Shown one piece after another: positions 38,912 to 49,574 of a DNA stretch of 64,000 nt. The notes under the pieces were generated by a model. That model had not been told where the DNA came from. It worked only from the letters and a program-made list of their open reading frames with translations, and searched no databases. Position 1 is the first letter of the stretch; every line of letters starts with the position of its first letter. The stretch is from a virus (taxonomy: Duplodnaviria > Heunggongvirae > Uroviricota > Caudoviricetes): positions 109,458 through 173,457 of the IMG/VR virus record IMGVR_UViG_3300032322_002674. One strand, given 5' to 3'. The position numbers and the translations under genes are program-made.

Positions 38912-39826
38912 TTAAAAACTAATTTCATCAGAATAATTTTCCCTAACCACTTTTAATATACCTTCTTTACCCCACTTTTGGTTTATTTCTGATAAATCTT
39001 TATCTACTAATTTAACCATTTTAACCCTACCCTTTAATCTACCAAAATTAAGGTCATTATAGATTCTAATCATATTATATTCTGCATCAGAATCCAGAAT
39101 TATTATCAATTTCGCATTAAGTTTATCAAATATTTCAGATTTGATTTTTTCTGAAAGTACCTTACCCAATAGGGGGAGGGAGTTTGGTAAAGTTATTGCA
39201 TCAAACACCCCCTCAACCAAATATAAGGTTGAATCCCAATTAATAAGGTTTTCACCAAATATAACATTATCTTTCGGAATTTTGGGGTTTAAATACTTCA
39301 ATTTGTGGTTAATATAACTTCTTGATACAAAAAAATTTAGTTTATTGTTAATATCATAAGAAGGTATTATAATTCTGTTTTTATATTTTCCACCATAACA
39401 TCCATATATTTTCCATTTAAAAATTTGTTTATCATCTATCCCCCTTGTTTTAAGATATTCGTATGCCTTATTATTTTTATTTTCCCAAAGTGGAACTATT
39501 TCTTTTGGTAATTGTAGATTAATTATTTCTTGTTCATCTTCGTTATCAGGAAACAATCCTTCATAAACCATAAAATTTTTAAGTTGTTCTTTTGTTCCAT
39601 ACTTAAAAATTAATTTTTGTATATTACCATGATTTTTTTCTTCTGGTGGACAAGACCAACAATTATAGACGTTCTTTTGCAAGTTAACCTCCAAATTTCC
39701 TTTGCCATCACCTTCTAATAAACCTTTCGATGCAGAACATGTTGGACAATCAAAAGAAATTTGATGACCATTTTCTTTTCTCGCTCGACCAAGAATGTCA
39801 TGAAGAATTGTTTTTCTTATATCCAT
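38912..39826 (-). CDS. DNA primase (CHC2 zinc finger + TOPRIM)
   Basis: Zinc finger 'FDCPTC...NCWSC'. TOPRIM 'LYLVEGVFDAI' and 'IILDSDAEYN'. Confidence 0.6.
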   Translation of the reverse strand: MDIRKTILHDILGRARKENGHQISFDCPTCSASKGLLEGDGKGNLEVNLQKNVYNCWSCPPEEKNHGNIQKLIFKYGTKEQLKNFMVYEGLFPDNEDEQEIINLQLPKEIVPLWENKNNKAYEYLKTRGIDDKQIFKWKIYGCYGGKYKNRIIIPSYDINNKLNFFVSRSYINHKLKYLNPKIPKDNVIFGENLINWDSTLYLVEGVFDAITLPNSLPLLGKVLSEKIKSEIFDKLNAKLIIILDSDAEYNMIRIYNDLNFGRLKGRVKMVKLVDKDLSEINQKWGKEGILKVVRENYSDEISF

Positions 39827-39882
39827 GAAATAAATCTAAACATTGCATAGAAAAATTAAAATTAATTTCGTATTTTTGTGTT

Positions 39883-40233
39883 ATGTTAGACAAAGAAATT
39901 TTAGAATTACAAAAATCTGTATTACAATTTTCCAAAAAACTTTCTAAAGATTTAAGAAATGAATATTGGAAAGAAATAGGTAACAAGGTAATGTTACTTG
40001 ACAAACATTTAAGTAAAGACTATAAATTAACCGAACCTGATTTTGTTTCTGAATGTTGTGCTGAATCTCCTTATTCTAATGGTGATTCTGATTTATCAGA
40101 TATTGGAATATGTAAATGTGGTGAACATACAGATTATGGTTATTTTAATAAAAATGGTGAATTTTTTACTGACCTAAATGATTGTATGATTTCAGATATT
40201 AACATTACTTTAGAAGAAATAGAAAAAGTTTAG
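39883..40233 (+). CDS. hypothetical Cys-rich protein
   Basis: 116 aa. 'CCAES...CKCGEH'. Confidence 0.35.
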   Translation: MLDKEILELQKSVLQFSKKLSKDLRNEYWKEIGNKVMLLDKHLSKDYKLTEPDFVSECCAESPYSNGDSDLSDIGICKCGEHTDYGYFNKNGEFFTDLNDCMISDINITLEEIEKV

Positions 40234-40440
40234 TTATGAAACTTACTAATACAGAAGTAAAATTATTACAGGAAAGGTTAAAAGATATTATTAATAATAT
40301 TGATTCCAATATGGGAATTATTAATAATGAAGAAATTAATGAAACTTTCTTACAACCTATACTTGATTTAACTGTAAATATATCTGATAAAGTTTTTATT
40401 CAAACTAAAGACACATTAAATGAAATAAACATTTAGAAAA

Positions 40441-40788
40441 ATGGAAATTAGAAAAACCAAATATAGTGAAGTAGAAAAGGAATTTTCAGAAATCAAACCT
40501 GATTTACTTGATGAAAATGCAACATATTATGGTGCATATATAAAAGAAGAACTTGTTGGAATTGTTTCTTATGTTGAAAATCCAACAACAATTTATTTAT
40601 GTCATGCCTTTGTAAAAGAAGAATATAGAAATGGTGGTATATATAAACTTCTTTGGGAATATAGAAATTCCAAAATAAAAGATTCTAATAAACAAATTTA
40701 TGCTCATTGTAATGTTGATTCCTTAAAACATTTCATCAATAATGGGTATAAAATTGAAAAGGCATTATTCAAAGTGGTTAGAATTTAA
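40441..40788 (+). CDS. GNAT-family N-acetyltransferase-like protein
   Basis: 'FVKEEYRNGGIYKLLWEY' resembles GNAT motif A. Confidence 0.3.
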   Translation: MEIRKTKYSEVEKEFSEIKPDLLDENATYYGAYIKEELVGIVSYVENPTTIYLCHAFVKEEYRNGGIYKLLWEYRNSKIKDSNKQIYAHCNVDSLKHFINNGYKIEKALFKVVRI

Positions 40789-40814
40789 TTTTTGCATAAA
40801 AAAATAAGAAATAA

Positions 40815-40829
40815 ATTTGTATCTTTACA
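40815..40829 (+). promoter_or_regulatory. conserved promoter-like motif TTTGTATCTTTACAC
   Basis: Identical 15-mer also at 42280-42294. Variants at 43763, 49961, 32304 and 46201. It sits 18-24 nt upstream of ATGs. Confidence 0.45.
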
Positions 40830-40847
40830 CCAACAAAAAATAAAACA

Positions 40848-41546
40848 ATGGGAATTTTTAAAAAACCTGTGGAAAAAAGTACATCCACAAAAACAAAAGA
40901 AAAACACCTTCACGTTAAAGTTTCTGGTGAAGAATTTAACACACAGTTAAAACAACTTGCGGAGTTAAAGGAAACCGAAAAACAAACAAAGGCAAAGATT
41001 GAGTCTTTGGAGGGGATTGTTAAGGATAAATCAAAGGATGAATTTTTAAAACTTTTTATTGAAAAGGGTATTAACCCAAATACCTTTATTGTGGAATCAG
41101 ATGATGCACAAGTAATGGTTTTACCTATGGACAAATATCTTAAAGTTGATTCTGAAAGATATGAAGAATTAAAGAAAATGTTTGGTAAACCTATTAAAAA
41201 CGAAGAAGGTGAGGTGGTTGATTATGAATGTGAATATGTTGAAGAAAAAATAACATATACATTCAACAACGAATTATTGGAAAAACATTTTTCAAAAATT
41301 GAAAAGGTATTGGAAGGAATAAAAGGAATTCCACAAGAAGATAAAGAAAATTTGATTTCATCAACTGCAACATATTCAATCAAATCAGGTACAATTGACC
41401 AATTTAAAAAAATTGTTGATGAAACTGATTTCCAAAATGATGTTCATGGTGTAAGAAATGATGTTTCAGTTAAAACAAAATTTGAAGTATTGATGAATTA
41501 CTTTGCACCAATTTTTTCTTTAAAATCTTATTTGGTTAAAAAATAA
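40848..41546 (+). CDS. hypothetical protein
   Basis: 232-aa ORF preceded by the conserved motif. Confidence 0.45.
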   Translation: MGIFKKPVEKSTSTKTKEKHLHVKVSGEEFNTQLKQLAELKETEKQTKAKIESLEGIVKDKSKDEFLKLFIEKGINPNTFIVESDDAQVMVLPMDKYLKVDSERYEELKKMFGKPIKNEEGEVVDYECEYVEEKITYTFNNELLEKHFSKIEKVLEGIKGIPQEDKENLISSTATYSIKSGTIDQFKKIVDETDFQNDVHGVRNDVSVKTKFEVLMNYFAPIFSLKSYLVKK

Positions 41547-41552
41547 TAAAAT

Positions 41553-41891
41553 ATGAGTTACGGAGTAGGTTTAGTAATTCCTAAAGAAGATTTGGGTAAA
41601 GAAAAAATAAGAGTTTCCACTTGTGATTGGATGTTACCAATTTATGTGCAAATCCACCCAGAACGTTCTAAAAAAAACTTTTTAAGGTGGATTAAAGAAT
41701 TTGAAACAGAAACTAAATTAACCACTTTAGATAAGTTAAAAACTGCACCTTGTGATTGTGTTTGTATTATTGATACAGAAGGTAATTTTAGTACTTTGCA
41801 GGGTCATAAACCTCTTAATTGTTCTAAAGGAAGTGGTAACGAATATTGGGGCACTAATTTAGAGGAATATTTAACAGGAATTAAAAAATAA
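41553..41891 (+). CDS. hypothetical protein
   Basis: 112-aa ORF. Confidence 0.35.
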   Translation: MSYGVGLVIPKEDLGKEKIRVSTCDWMLPIYVQIHPERSKKNFLRWIKEFETETKLTTLDKLKTAPCDCVCIIDTEGNFSTLQGHKPLNCSKGSGNEYWGTNLEEYLTGIKK

Positions 41892-41898
41892 AACTGTA

Positions 41899-42243
41899 AT
41901 GTCCTATCCAGATAAAGTAGTTGAAAGAGCAACCAAAGTTGCAAATCTATTAAAAGAAAATGGATTCTTTGAGGAAGAAGAATTAAATCCTGAAATTGCT
42001 CATAAAGTCGCAATAAATAAGTTTTCAGAATTATTCTACCCAAAATGGATTAGTGGTGATGAAGAAGATTTTTCTTATTCTGATGGTGAATTTGAAAGTG
42101 TTTTAATAGAAATAATTTCTGATTCTGCATTGGAAAGTTTAAAACAAAAGGGTTTTATTGATTCTTTTGATGGTGATACATATTTTTTAACTCAAAAAGG
42201 TAAAGAATTTAATGAGCAAAGAGGAAAAAGTGCAAAAAATTAA
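41899..42243 (+). CDS. hypothetical protein
   Basis: 114-aa ORF. Confidence 0.35.
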   Translation: MSYPDKVVERATKVANLLKENGFFEEEELNPEIAHKVAINKFSELFYPKWISGDEEDFSYSDGEFESVLIEIISDSALESLKQKGFIDSFDGDTYFLTQKGKEFNEQRGKSAKN

Positions 42244-42279
42244 AAGAAAAAAATATTGCATTAAAGGATAAAAAATAAA

Positions 42280-42294
42280 TTTGTATCTTTACAC
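42280..42294 (+). promoter_or_regulatory. conserved promoter-like motif TTTGTATCTTTACAC (second copy)
   Basis: Exact repeat of 40815-40829, 24 nt upstream of the ATG at 42319. Confidence 0.45.
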
Positions 42295-42318
42295 TATCAA
42301 AAAACAAAAAACAGAACA

Positions 42319-42546
42319 ATGGAAAAATTAACATTTGAGAATTTCCAACAAAAATGGATGGAACAAGAAACTGGTAATGATGAACAATTAGAGTTTGAAA
42401 TTTCAGAATCATCTGATTGGTCAGAAATTTTTAGTGTGATTAGAATGTGGTCGCATAAACCATTAAAAGAAAGAATTAAAGTTTTTTTAGAAAGAAACAA
42501 CTCTTTTTTAGATGATGAAGGTAAGGTAGTATTAGAAACTTTTTAA
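42319..42546 (+). CDS. hypothetical acidic protein
   Basis: 75-aa ORF downstream of the motif. Confidence 0.4.
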   Translation: MEKLTFENFQQKWMEQETGNDEQLEFEISESSDWSEIFSVIRMWSHKPLKERIKVFLERNNSFLDDEGKVVLETF

Positions 42547-42564
42547 AACAATTTAAAAACAAAT

Positions 42565-43083
42565 ATGTCAGTAGAAGAATTAGAAAAAAAACCTACATTG
42601 GTTGGGGTTTATGTTGAAGAACAATTACAAAACCCAGAAGTGAATCAAATTGTATCTTACCACAATAAAGATGGTAAATCACGAATTGCGAAAATTACAG
42701 AAGTTTCAGAGGAAACTGTAAAAATTGAAGGAAGATTTGATATTCCCAAAAAGGATATATTCAGAATTTTCATTGGGTTGAAAAACGAAAATGGTGTTGT
42801 AGTAGAAACCTATAATATGCACCAACGTTGGTTTGAACATCTTATTAAGAACAAATTTGAATACAAACCTGGAAAAGAAGTTAAATTCTTTCTTGATGAT
42901 GAAGGTTATGGTATTTTTGTAAACAAATTGGGTTATAAAGATGTTAATTACTACGGTAGTTATTTTGAGAATTTCTTAACAAAATTAAGAAATTGCCAAA
43001 CCAATTCAGAGGCAAAATCTTTGTTCTTTGAACATAACTATAAAGTAGTTAGAGTTCCAAAAAAACATGAAGTATCTGAATAA
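42565..43083 (+). CDS. hypothetical protein
   Basis: 172-aa ORF. Confidence 0.4.
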   Translation: MSVEELEKKPTLVGVYVEEQLQNPEVNQIVSYHNKDGKSRIAKITEVSEETVKIEGRFDIPKKDIFRIFIGLKNENGVVVETYNMHQRWFEHLIKNKFEYKPGKEVKFFLDDEGYGIFVNKLGYKDVNYYGSYFENFLTKLRNCQTNSEAKSLFFEHNYKVVRVPKKHEVSE

Positions 43084-43130
43084 AGAACTTATGTCATAGG
43101 TTTAACCGAAATCCTACTCTGTGGCAAAAT

Positions 43131-43203
43131 GAATCCATAGCTCAACTGGCAGAGCAATCCCCTTTTAAGGGATAGGTTGGAAGTTCAAATCTTCCTGGGT
43201 TCA
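43131..43203 (+). tRNA. tRNA-Lys (anticodon UUU)
   Basis: Acceptor GAATCCA/TGGGTTC, D-arm GCTC-AACTGGCA-GAGC, anticodon arm ATCCC-CTTTTAA-GGGAT, T-arm GGAAG-TTCAAAT-CTTCC, discriminator A. 73 nt, no encoded CCA. Confidence 0.8.
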
Positions 43204-43788
43204 CATACAATTTAAAATTAAAAAAATATGATAATGATATTAATTATATTATGGAGTTTAAGTGGATTAATACCTTTTCATTTAACAAATATGGGTTTTA
43301 AAGTCTGTTGGTACAGAAATTTTAAAAGTCATTATGATGAATATAAAGATGAAATGTTAATCTATATATTATCAATATTAAGTGGTATTATTTGTTCTAA
43401 TATTAGGTGATAAAGAAACATGGAATAAAAAAAAATCTCATTTTTATATTGGTAATTCATTATGGATGATATTTTATAATAAAGAAAAAGTAGAAAAACA
43501 CTTTAAAAAATAATATTTTTTATGGAAAAATCAGTCAATTTAGTTTTATTTATTTACTTGTTAATAGTTTTATTACTATTTGCATCAATAATGCATGGTG
43601 AATCTCATAAAAAATTTAAAGATTCTAATGGTCATACTTGGTATGTTAAAACAGAAAACTACCAAAGTTGTAATACAAAAACAGATTCTTTAATTTTGAT
43701 TAAAAGTCCTGAATTAATGGATTTTAAAATTGAATGTTTGCCAAATAAAAGTAAATAAATTTTATTATCTTTACAAAAAAATAGAACA

Positions 43789-44025
43789 ATGGGATATTTT
43801 AAACAAGTTTATTCAGTAGTTAAAAATATTGAAAACTTATTACCACATACCAAAAAATCACTTATTGGTATGGAAATTGAATTAGAAATTGGTAAAACAA
43901 CAATAAAAAATTGGAACTATAATAGGGATTCTAAAGTAGTTTTATCATTAACTAATGGTACAACTATGTTATTGGAAAATTTACCACTAAAAACCCTTGA
44001 GGATATAGAAAATGAGTTATCTTAG
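43789..44025 (+). CDS. hypothetical protein
   Basis: 78-aa ORF downstream of the TTATTATCTTTACAA motif. Confidence 0.35.
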   Translation: MGYFKQVYSVVKNIENLLPHTKKSLIGMEIELEIGKTTIKNWNYNRDSKVVLSLTNGTTMLLENLPLKTLEDIENELS

Positions 44026-44171
44026 ATTTATAAGAAGGAAATTTATTAAAAACTTTTTTTTATTAAGAAGTTCCTTAAATAGTGATTTTCCTTACTTATT
44101 GATATTAGTGGGTTTCTTATTTTACTTTATAATTAACACAATAAAATATTTCTTAATCAAATAAAACAAAA

Positions 44172-44537
44172 ATGAATCTAAACTTAGTAGAAAGAAAAAT
44201 CTTATTTGCTTACAAAGATGTGGCAGGTAATGATGGTAAATCCAGAAAAGTAACCTTTGCAGGTGAACTTAACCAAAACCATGAATTAGTTGTTGGTTTC
44301 TCAATTGCTCAACCAAATGAGAAATACAATAAAAATTTAGGTAGAGAAATTGCAGTAGGAAGAATGGAAAAGAAACCTATGGCAAAAGTTAAAGTAAACG
44401 GAGAATCCGTAAAGGAAATCAGAACAAACGCAGGTAAATTATTCAATGATTTTGTTCGTGAATTAGACACAACAGATGAAAAATTACGTGAATTTTTACG
44501 TGATTTACACGAAAAAAAATTAAGAAAAAATGGATAA
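44172..44537 (+). CDS. hypothetical protein
   Basis: 121-aa ORF. Confidence 0.4.
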   Translation: MNLNLVERKILFAYKDVAGNDGKSRKVTFAGELNQNHELVVGFSIAQPNEKYNKNLGREIAVGRMEKKPMAKVKVNGESVKEIRTNAGKLFNDFVRELDTTDEKLREFLRDLHEKKLRKNG

Positions 44538-44684
44538 AAGTAAATTATTTTTAATAATCTTAATATACATTTTATTGGGATTATCTTATATATGGATTTT
44601 TAATCTATATAGTCCATTTCTTTCTTTAGGTTTAACAATTTTAACAATTTTTTTAACAATCAAATACAAAAACAAAATTTTATC

Positions 44685-45512
44685 ATGAAAAATTTAATTT
44701 TTTTAATCAGCACAATTATTTTATTTTCCTTTTCATCTTGTTCTTGGGTAGAACCAAACCATGAAGGGGTTTTAATGACAAATTACGGAAGAAACGGTGA
44801 AAGTGATTTTACTTTAGTGAGTGGTAAACAAAACACACTTTTTCCAGGAACAGAATTAATATCTGTACCAATGTATGAACAAAGAGCGGACTGTGAAAGT
44901 ATTAGGGTTTATGCAAAAGATGGTGGTGAATTTACTGTTGACCCAACTTATGCCTATGAGGCAATTAGGGGTAAAGGTATTAAAATTGCCTTCAATTATA
45001 AACACTTAAATTCAGGTAAAGAATTTTTTGATAACATTGAGGGTTCTATTTTAAATACAAGGGTACTTAATGCTTATCGGGAAGAGGCAAGAAATTATTC
45101 AACTGATTCATTAATGAATAATGTTGGTTCTTATGAATCCAATGTTCAAAAGAGGTTGGTAAAGGAATTTGAAACTTCTTACTTTAAGTTAAACGAAATT
45201 ACATCAAATTTAGTTCCACCAGCATCTTTAAAGGCAGTAATTGAGGAAAGAAATAATCAAATACAACAGGCGAACAAACTAAAGAATGAGGTAGAATCTG
45301 AAAAACAAAAGGCAGAAATATTATTAACACAAAAAAGAGCAGTTGCAGAAGCAAAGAAAATAGAAGCAGATGCTCAAGCGTATTATAATGAAAAAACATC
45401 CCAAACTTTAACACAAAATTTGATTAATAAAATGTGGATTGATAAATGGTCAGGGGATTTGCCATCAACTATGACAGGAAGTAATTCCACTATGTTAATA
45501 CAACCTAAATAA
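44685..45512 (+). CDS. lipoprotein with SPFH/Band-7 (prohibitin/HflC-like) domain
   Basis: Lipobox 'LFSFSSCSW'. C-terminal 'AEILLTQKRAVAEAKKIEADAQAYYNE' is the typical SPFH coiled-coil tail. Confidence 0.4.
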   Translation: MKNLIFLISTIILFSFSSCSWVEPNHEGVLMTNYGRNGESDFTLVSGKQNTLFPGTELISVPMYEQRADCESIRVYAKDGGEFTVDPTYAYEAIRGKGIKIAFNYKHLNSGKEFFDNIEGSILNTRVLNAYREEARNYSTDSLMNNVGSYESNVQKRLVKEFETSYFKLNEITSNLVPPASLKAVIEERNNQIQQANKLKNEVESEKQKAEILLTQKRAVAEAKKIEADAQAYYNEKTSQTLTQNLINKMWIDKWSGDLPSTMTGSNSTMLIQPK

Positions 45513-45580
45513 TTAAAATTGTAGAAAAAACTACCATGTTAAGTTCTTTTTTTTAACTTAGGTGGAACTTGAAAAAATTA

Positions 45581-45608
45581 AACCCTATCTTATGGATAGG
45601 GTTTTTTT
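45581..45608. terminator. bidirectional rho-independent terminator
   Basis: AACCCTATC-TTATG-GATAGGGTT followed by T7. An A/T run is also present on the other strand. Lies between convergent genes. Confidence 0.6.
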
Positions 45609-45626
45609 ATTATTAAAAAGATTTTT

Positions 45627-46115
45627 TTATTCACCAACTATTGAATTTACCAGTTCTTCTTTTGCAGATTTTTGGTTATCAATTTGTTTTTGTTTAATAT
45701 TCTTTGTTTGTTCAATTTTATTAAATCTATTTTCTATTGATTTGCTAAATTCAGGTGAAATAATAAAATTCTCACCCCTTTCCTCACCCAATTGAGTTCC
45801 ACCCAATGAATATTTTTTTACAACAAATGATTCAGGTTTAAGGGTAAATTCAATAGGGTTATTACCATTTCTAATTGTTACAGTCCAAACATTAAAATTT
45901 TTTAAACCTTCTTCCAAATCATGTTCGGTATTTGGGGTTTTTTTAATGTCAATGGTATGGGGTGATTCCATACAAACCTTTTCTGCATAATTAACCAATT
46001 TATTAACATGTGATTCATCACTTGCCTTTTCACTTTCATTTAATTTTTGTTTTTTATTCTCAATTAAAAATTTAGTTAATAATGCAACCTGTTTTTCATT
46101 TATAATGATTTTCAT
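45627..46115 (-). CDS. hypothetical protein
   Basis: 162-aa ORF. Confidence 0.4.
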   Translation of the reverse strand: MKIIINEKQVALLTKFLIENKKQKLNESEKASDESHVNKLVNYAEKVCMESPHTIDIKKTPNTEHDLEEGLKNFNVWTVTIRNGNNPIEFTLKPESFVVKKYSLGGTQLGEERGENFIISPEFSKSIENRFNKIEQTKNIKQKQIDNQKSAKEELVNSIVGE

Positions 46116-46228
46116 AAAAAATATATTTTATATATAAATATACGATTTTTTATTTCTTAACAATTTCTTAACATTAAAAATTTGGATTTTTGAATTAATT
46201 GGTTTATCTTTGTGGAAAATTAATAATT

Positions 46229-46639
46229 ATGGATTTTATTTACAATGAAATAAAAGGTAGAACAATACTAAATCAAATAGTAATTGATGAAGATTTATTA
46301 TATTCATGTACTGATAATATAATTACAAAGGCAAGAATACATATTAATAATCATCTTTATTTAAGGGGTGAAATATATGTCAAAGAACATATTTGTGGAT
46401 TTTCTGATATTGTTGAAGTAATTGATTTGGAAGTATCTGAAACTGAATTAAATGAATATTTAAGGGATTATTATATTCCTGATAATGCAATAATAAGGAA
46501 AACTGAATCATTTTTTGGTTTCTTTAAAAAAGAAAAAATATACATAAGAAAAAGATATTATTTTAAAAGACAAACAAAAGAAATTTCTTTTACAACATCT
46601 AATTTTAAAATAATAAACCACATTTGTTTGATAATTTAA
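46229..46639 (+). CDS. hypothetical protein (start moved to the ATG 16 nt downstream of TATCTTTG)
   Basis: TAtcTTTG at 46205-46212. Internal Met of listed ORF 46199..46639. Confidence 0.35.
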   Translation: MDFIYNEIKGRTILNQIVIDEDLLYSCTDNIITKARIHINNHLYLRGEIYVKEHICGFSDIVEVIDLEVSETELNEYLRDYYIPDNAIIRKTESFFGFFKKEKIYIRKRYYFKRQTKEISFTTSNFKIINHICLII

Positions 46640-46761
46640 CATAACCACCATTATCAAAATCATATAAACCATCCAACCATTCAGAAACCATTTTTGCACA
46701 AAAAAATAAAAAATATTTACCTACCTTTGTAAAATAATTAAAAAACAATAAAAAAAATCGC

Positions 46762-47517
46762 ATGAAAAAAACTGTATCTAAGAAAAAGAAAAATGAAGTT
46801 ATGGATTCTAACCATGATGGTTTAGTTAGTACATCAGAAAAATTTGATTACCTTGAAAAATCTGTTACAATGTTAATCAAAGATGAAATGCCTTCATTAA
46901 TAATCGCAGGGGATGCTGGTGTTGGTAAAACCTTCACAGTAATGAAACGTTTAGAAGAAGAAAATGTTACCAATTTTAAAGTAATTAAAGGTTATTGTAC
47001 ACCTTTGGGTTTATATAGAAACCTTTATGATAACAATGGAATGATTCTTGTGTTTGATGACACAGATGCAGTTTTGGAGGATAAAAAAACTAAAAATGTT
47101 CTAAAGGCAGCGTTAGATAGTTATGATACACGTAAAGTATCATGGAACTCAACAAGATTACCAGAAGATTTACCTGATGAATTTGATTTTACAGGAAGAA
47201 TTATCTTTATCACCAATAAAAATCTAAAAGATTTGGATAAGGCATTAATATCTCGTTCTTTTACGATTGATATGTCCTTAAATGCAGAACAAAAGGTTGA
47301 ACGAATTGAGGAACTTAAATATAAATTAAGACCTGATTTGGATATTAAAACCAAAGACCAAATTATCAAATTCTTTAAAGAAAACCTTAAAACAATACCA
47401 AACGCAGCAATCAATTTGCGAGCATTTGATAAAATTGCCACCATACGAAAATCTAACCCTGAAAATTGGGTAAATATGGGATTATTTGTATTAAGAACTG
47501 AAAAACATTGGAGTTAA
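46762..47517 (+). CDS. AAA/P-loop ATPase
   Basis: Walker A 'IAGDAGVGKTF'. Walker B 'MILVFDDTDA'. Confidence 0.5.
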   Translation: MKKTVSKKKKNEVMDSNHDGLVSTSEKFDYLEKSVTMLIKDEMPSLIIAGDAGVGKTFTVMKRLEEENVTNFKVIKGYCTPLGLYRNLYDNNGMILVFDDTDAVLEDKKTKNVLKAALDSYDTRKVSWNSTRLPEDLPDEFDFTGRIIFITNKNLKDLDKALISRSFTIDMSLNAEQKVERIEELKYKLRPDLDIKTKDQIIKFFKENLKTIPNAAINLRAFDKIATIRKSNPENWVNMGLFVLRTEKHWS

Positions 47518-47701
47518 ACTTTAGAAAATTTGTATTATGAAAAAATATTTTATTGAAGCAGAAACTTCTTTAGAAGTTTAGGAAGGCGAATGGTCTTTTT
47601 TAAACCCTGAGGAAGCGGAGTGGAAAATAGTACACAATGCACAGCCTAATAACCCGAACTTTTGCCACATTATTTTAACCATTCATAAAAACTGAAAATC
47701 T

Positions 47702-48010
47702 ATGATGACTTATAGCCAAACAGATATTAAAGCGCAAATTAAAGCAGCTAAACTAACAGGAAACGGTAAAACTGAATTTAGTAATCAAAGCACTATAAAT
47801 GGGCAGATAATTAAAAAAATGGTATGCTCAATAGATGTAAACAAAGATGCTAAAAACGATATATACCCACATTTTAAAGTAAGGTACGAAACCGACACGA
47901 AATTTAAAACTATCTTTTATTCATTCCGTGATATTAAAAAATTGGTAGCAGACTTAAACTTGTTTCAATTAACCCAAAACCCAAAACTTTGTGTATTATC
48001 AAAACATTAA
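47702..48010 (+). CDS. hypothetical protein
   Basis: 102-aa ORF in a locally GC-richer segment. Confidence 0.35.
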   Translation: MMTYSQTDIKAQIKAAKLTGNGKTEFSNQSTINGQIIKKMVCSIDVNKDAKNDIYPHFKVRYETDTKFKTIFYSFRDIKKLVADLNLFQLTQNPKLCVLSKH

Positions 48011-48315
48011 ACACTACATTTATTCTATCCAATACACTTTGTAAAATCTGCAAGAAAGGATTATCCCGAAGATGGAATAAAAAAAGGTCAATCTTATTGG
48101 TGGATAAAGAAAGACCGTTTTTCTAAGAAACAAAGATTTTCTAAAAAACCTTAGAAAATAATTTGGTAAATCACATAAGTTATTGCAGATACCAATACCC
48201 CAGTTAACATAAAACCAATAGTTGTGAAAAATTGCTCAATTTTTTTTGTGTTCATTTTGTATATTTGTTTTGTTAAAACGAAATTTAGTTAAAATTTTTT
48301 AAAAAATCAAATAAT

Positions 48316-48642
48316 ATGAAAGAAATTAAGAATTTTGCGATAAAGTTCATAAAAGAACATTGGCAAGAAATTGATTTGGTTAACTGTGAAATTACTGAAA
48401 CTAAACCACAAATAATCAAAAGAATTAAAGAAGATTTGGATTTTGCAGGTTGGATTATTCTTGAGGTTATGTGTTGGGGAACTAAAAAAAATTATTTGAA
48501 AGAATGTGTTGTAGAAACTTGGCAGGAAGAATCCTCATATATTGTTATAAAATTGGGAAAAAAGTATTTCCAATACACAGGTGAAGGAAATTTGTTTAAG
48601 GAAGTTAAACCTAAATGGAAAAAAGTCTTATACTTTGAATGA
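48316..48642 (+). CDS. hypothetical protein
   Basis: 108-aa ORF. Confidence 0.35.
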   Translation: MKEIKNFAIKFIKEHWQEIDLVNCEITETKPQIIKRIKEDLDFAGWIILEVMCWGTKKNYLKECVVETWQEESSYIVIKLGKKYFQYTGEGNLFKEVKPKWKKVLYFE

Positions 48643-49045
48643 TGGGAAAGAAGAAAAAAACAACTGTAATAAAATTACAAAAGGAAAAAATGAGGGAATC
48701 TCGCAAGGAACAAGGTTTCTTTGATGGAAGATTCAAAAATAAGGTTGTTCTTGATAAAAAGAAACAACAAGATAAATTATTTTGCAAGAAGTGGAAAAAT
48801 AAAGACCTATGAGAATAGATGGAAATACAGAAATAACAACTAAATTAGAAGAATCTAATATGTATTTTACTAAAAATCAGAATTCAAATAGATTTAAAGG
48901 GTGTGTTCTATTACAAATTGAAATTAATGAAAATCAATATCTTTCATTATTACAAAAGAATATTACAAAAGAATAATTTTGCACTTGATAAAACAAAAAA
49001 TTTTTATTAACTTTATAATCTAACAAAAAAACAAATAAATCTTTT

Positions 49046-49567
49046 ATGAAAATCACAGTTTCAGAATCTTTACGTTTAAAAAACGAATTAAAACAACAAA
49101 TCAATACCGTTCAATACGAAACTCGCAATTCACCTTTGGGATTGAACTACGAAAATGGTGTATTAACATCTGATGAAGAAAATGGAAATAAATTTAAACA
49201 AAATATTTCTCGTTTAGAAAAACTTCTTTCATTCTCTCACGAAATTAATTCAAAAATTTCAAACTTCAATAGAGAAAATGGTGTTGATGATAAGGTGCGT
49301 GAAATGAAAAACTATCAAATGTTATTGGAAATCTATAATGGTATTTTGCAAAAAACAAAACCAACAAAAACCGTTAATTTCCAAACAGTAGGAAATGAAA
49401 GAAAACAAGTTACAGTTGAATACAAACCAACCCTAACAGGTGCAGAAGTAAAAGAAAAACAATCCAGTTTAAAGAAACAATATCGTTCATTGCAAAATGA
49501 AATTGAAAAATTAAACACAAGGGAAATTGAACTTTCATTTTCTTTTGATGATTTGGAAAATATTTAA
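49046..49567 (+). CDS. hypothetical protein
   Basis: 173-aa ORF. Confidence 0.4.
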   Translation: MKITVSESLRLKNELKQQINTVQYETRNSPLGLNYENGVLTSDEENGNKFKQNISRLEKLLSFSHEINSKISNFNRENGVDDKVREMKNYQMLLEIYNGILQKTKPTKTVNFQTVGNERKQVTVEYKPTLTGAEVKEKQSSLKKQYRSLQNEIEKLNTREIELSFSFDDLENI

Positions 49568-49574
49568 TATCTTA

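Noticed and set aside
43093-43130. A possible second tRNA immediately upstream of tRNA-Lys.
   Set aside because: No cloverleaf can be drawn. There is no acceptor, D or T complementarity.
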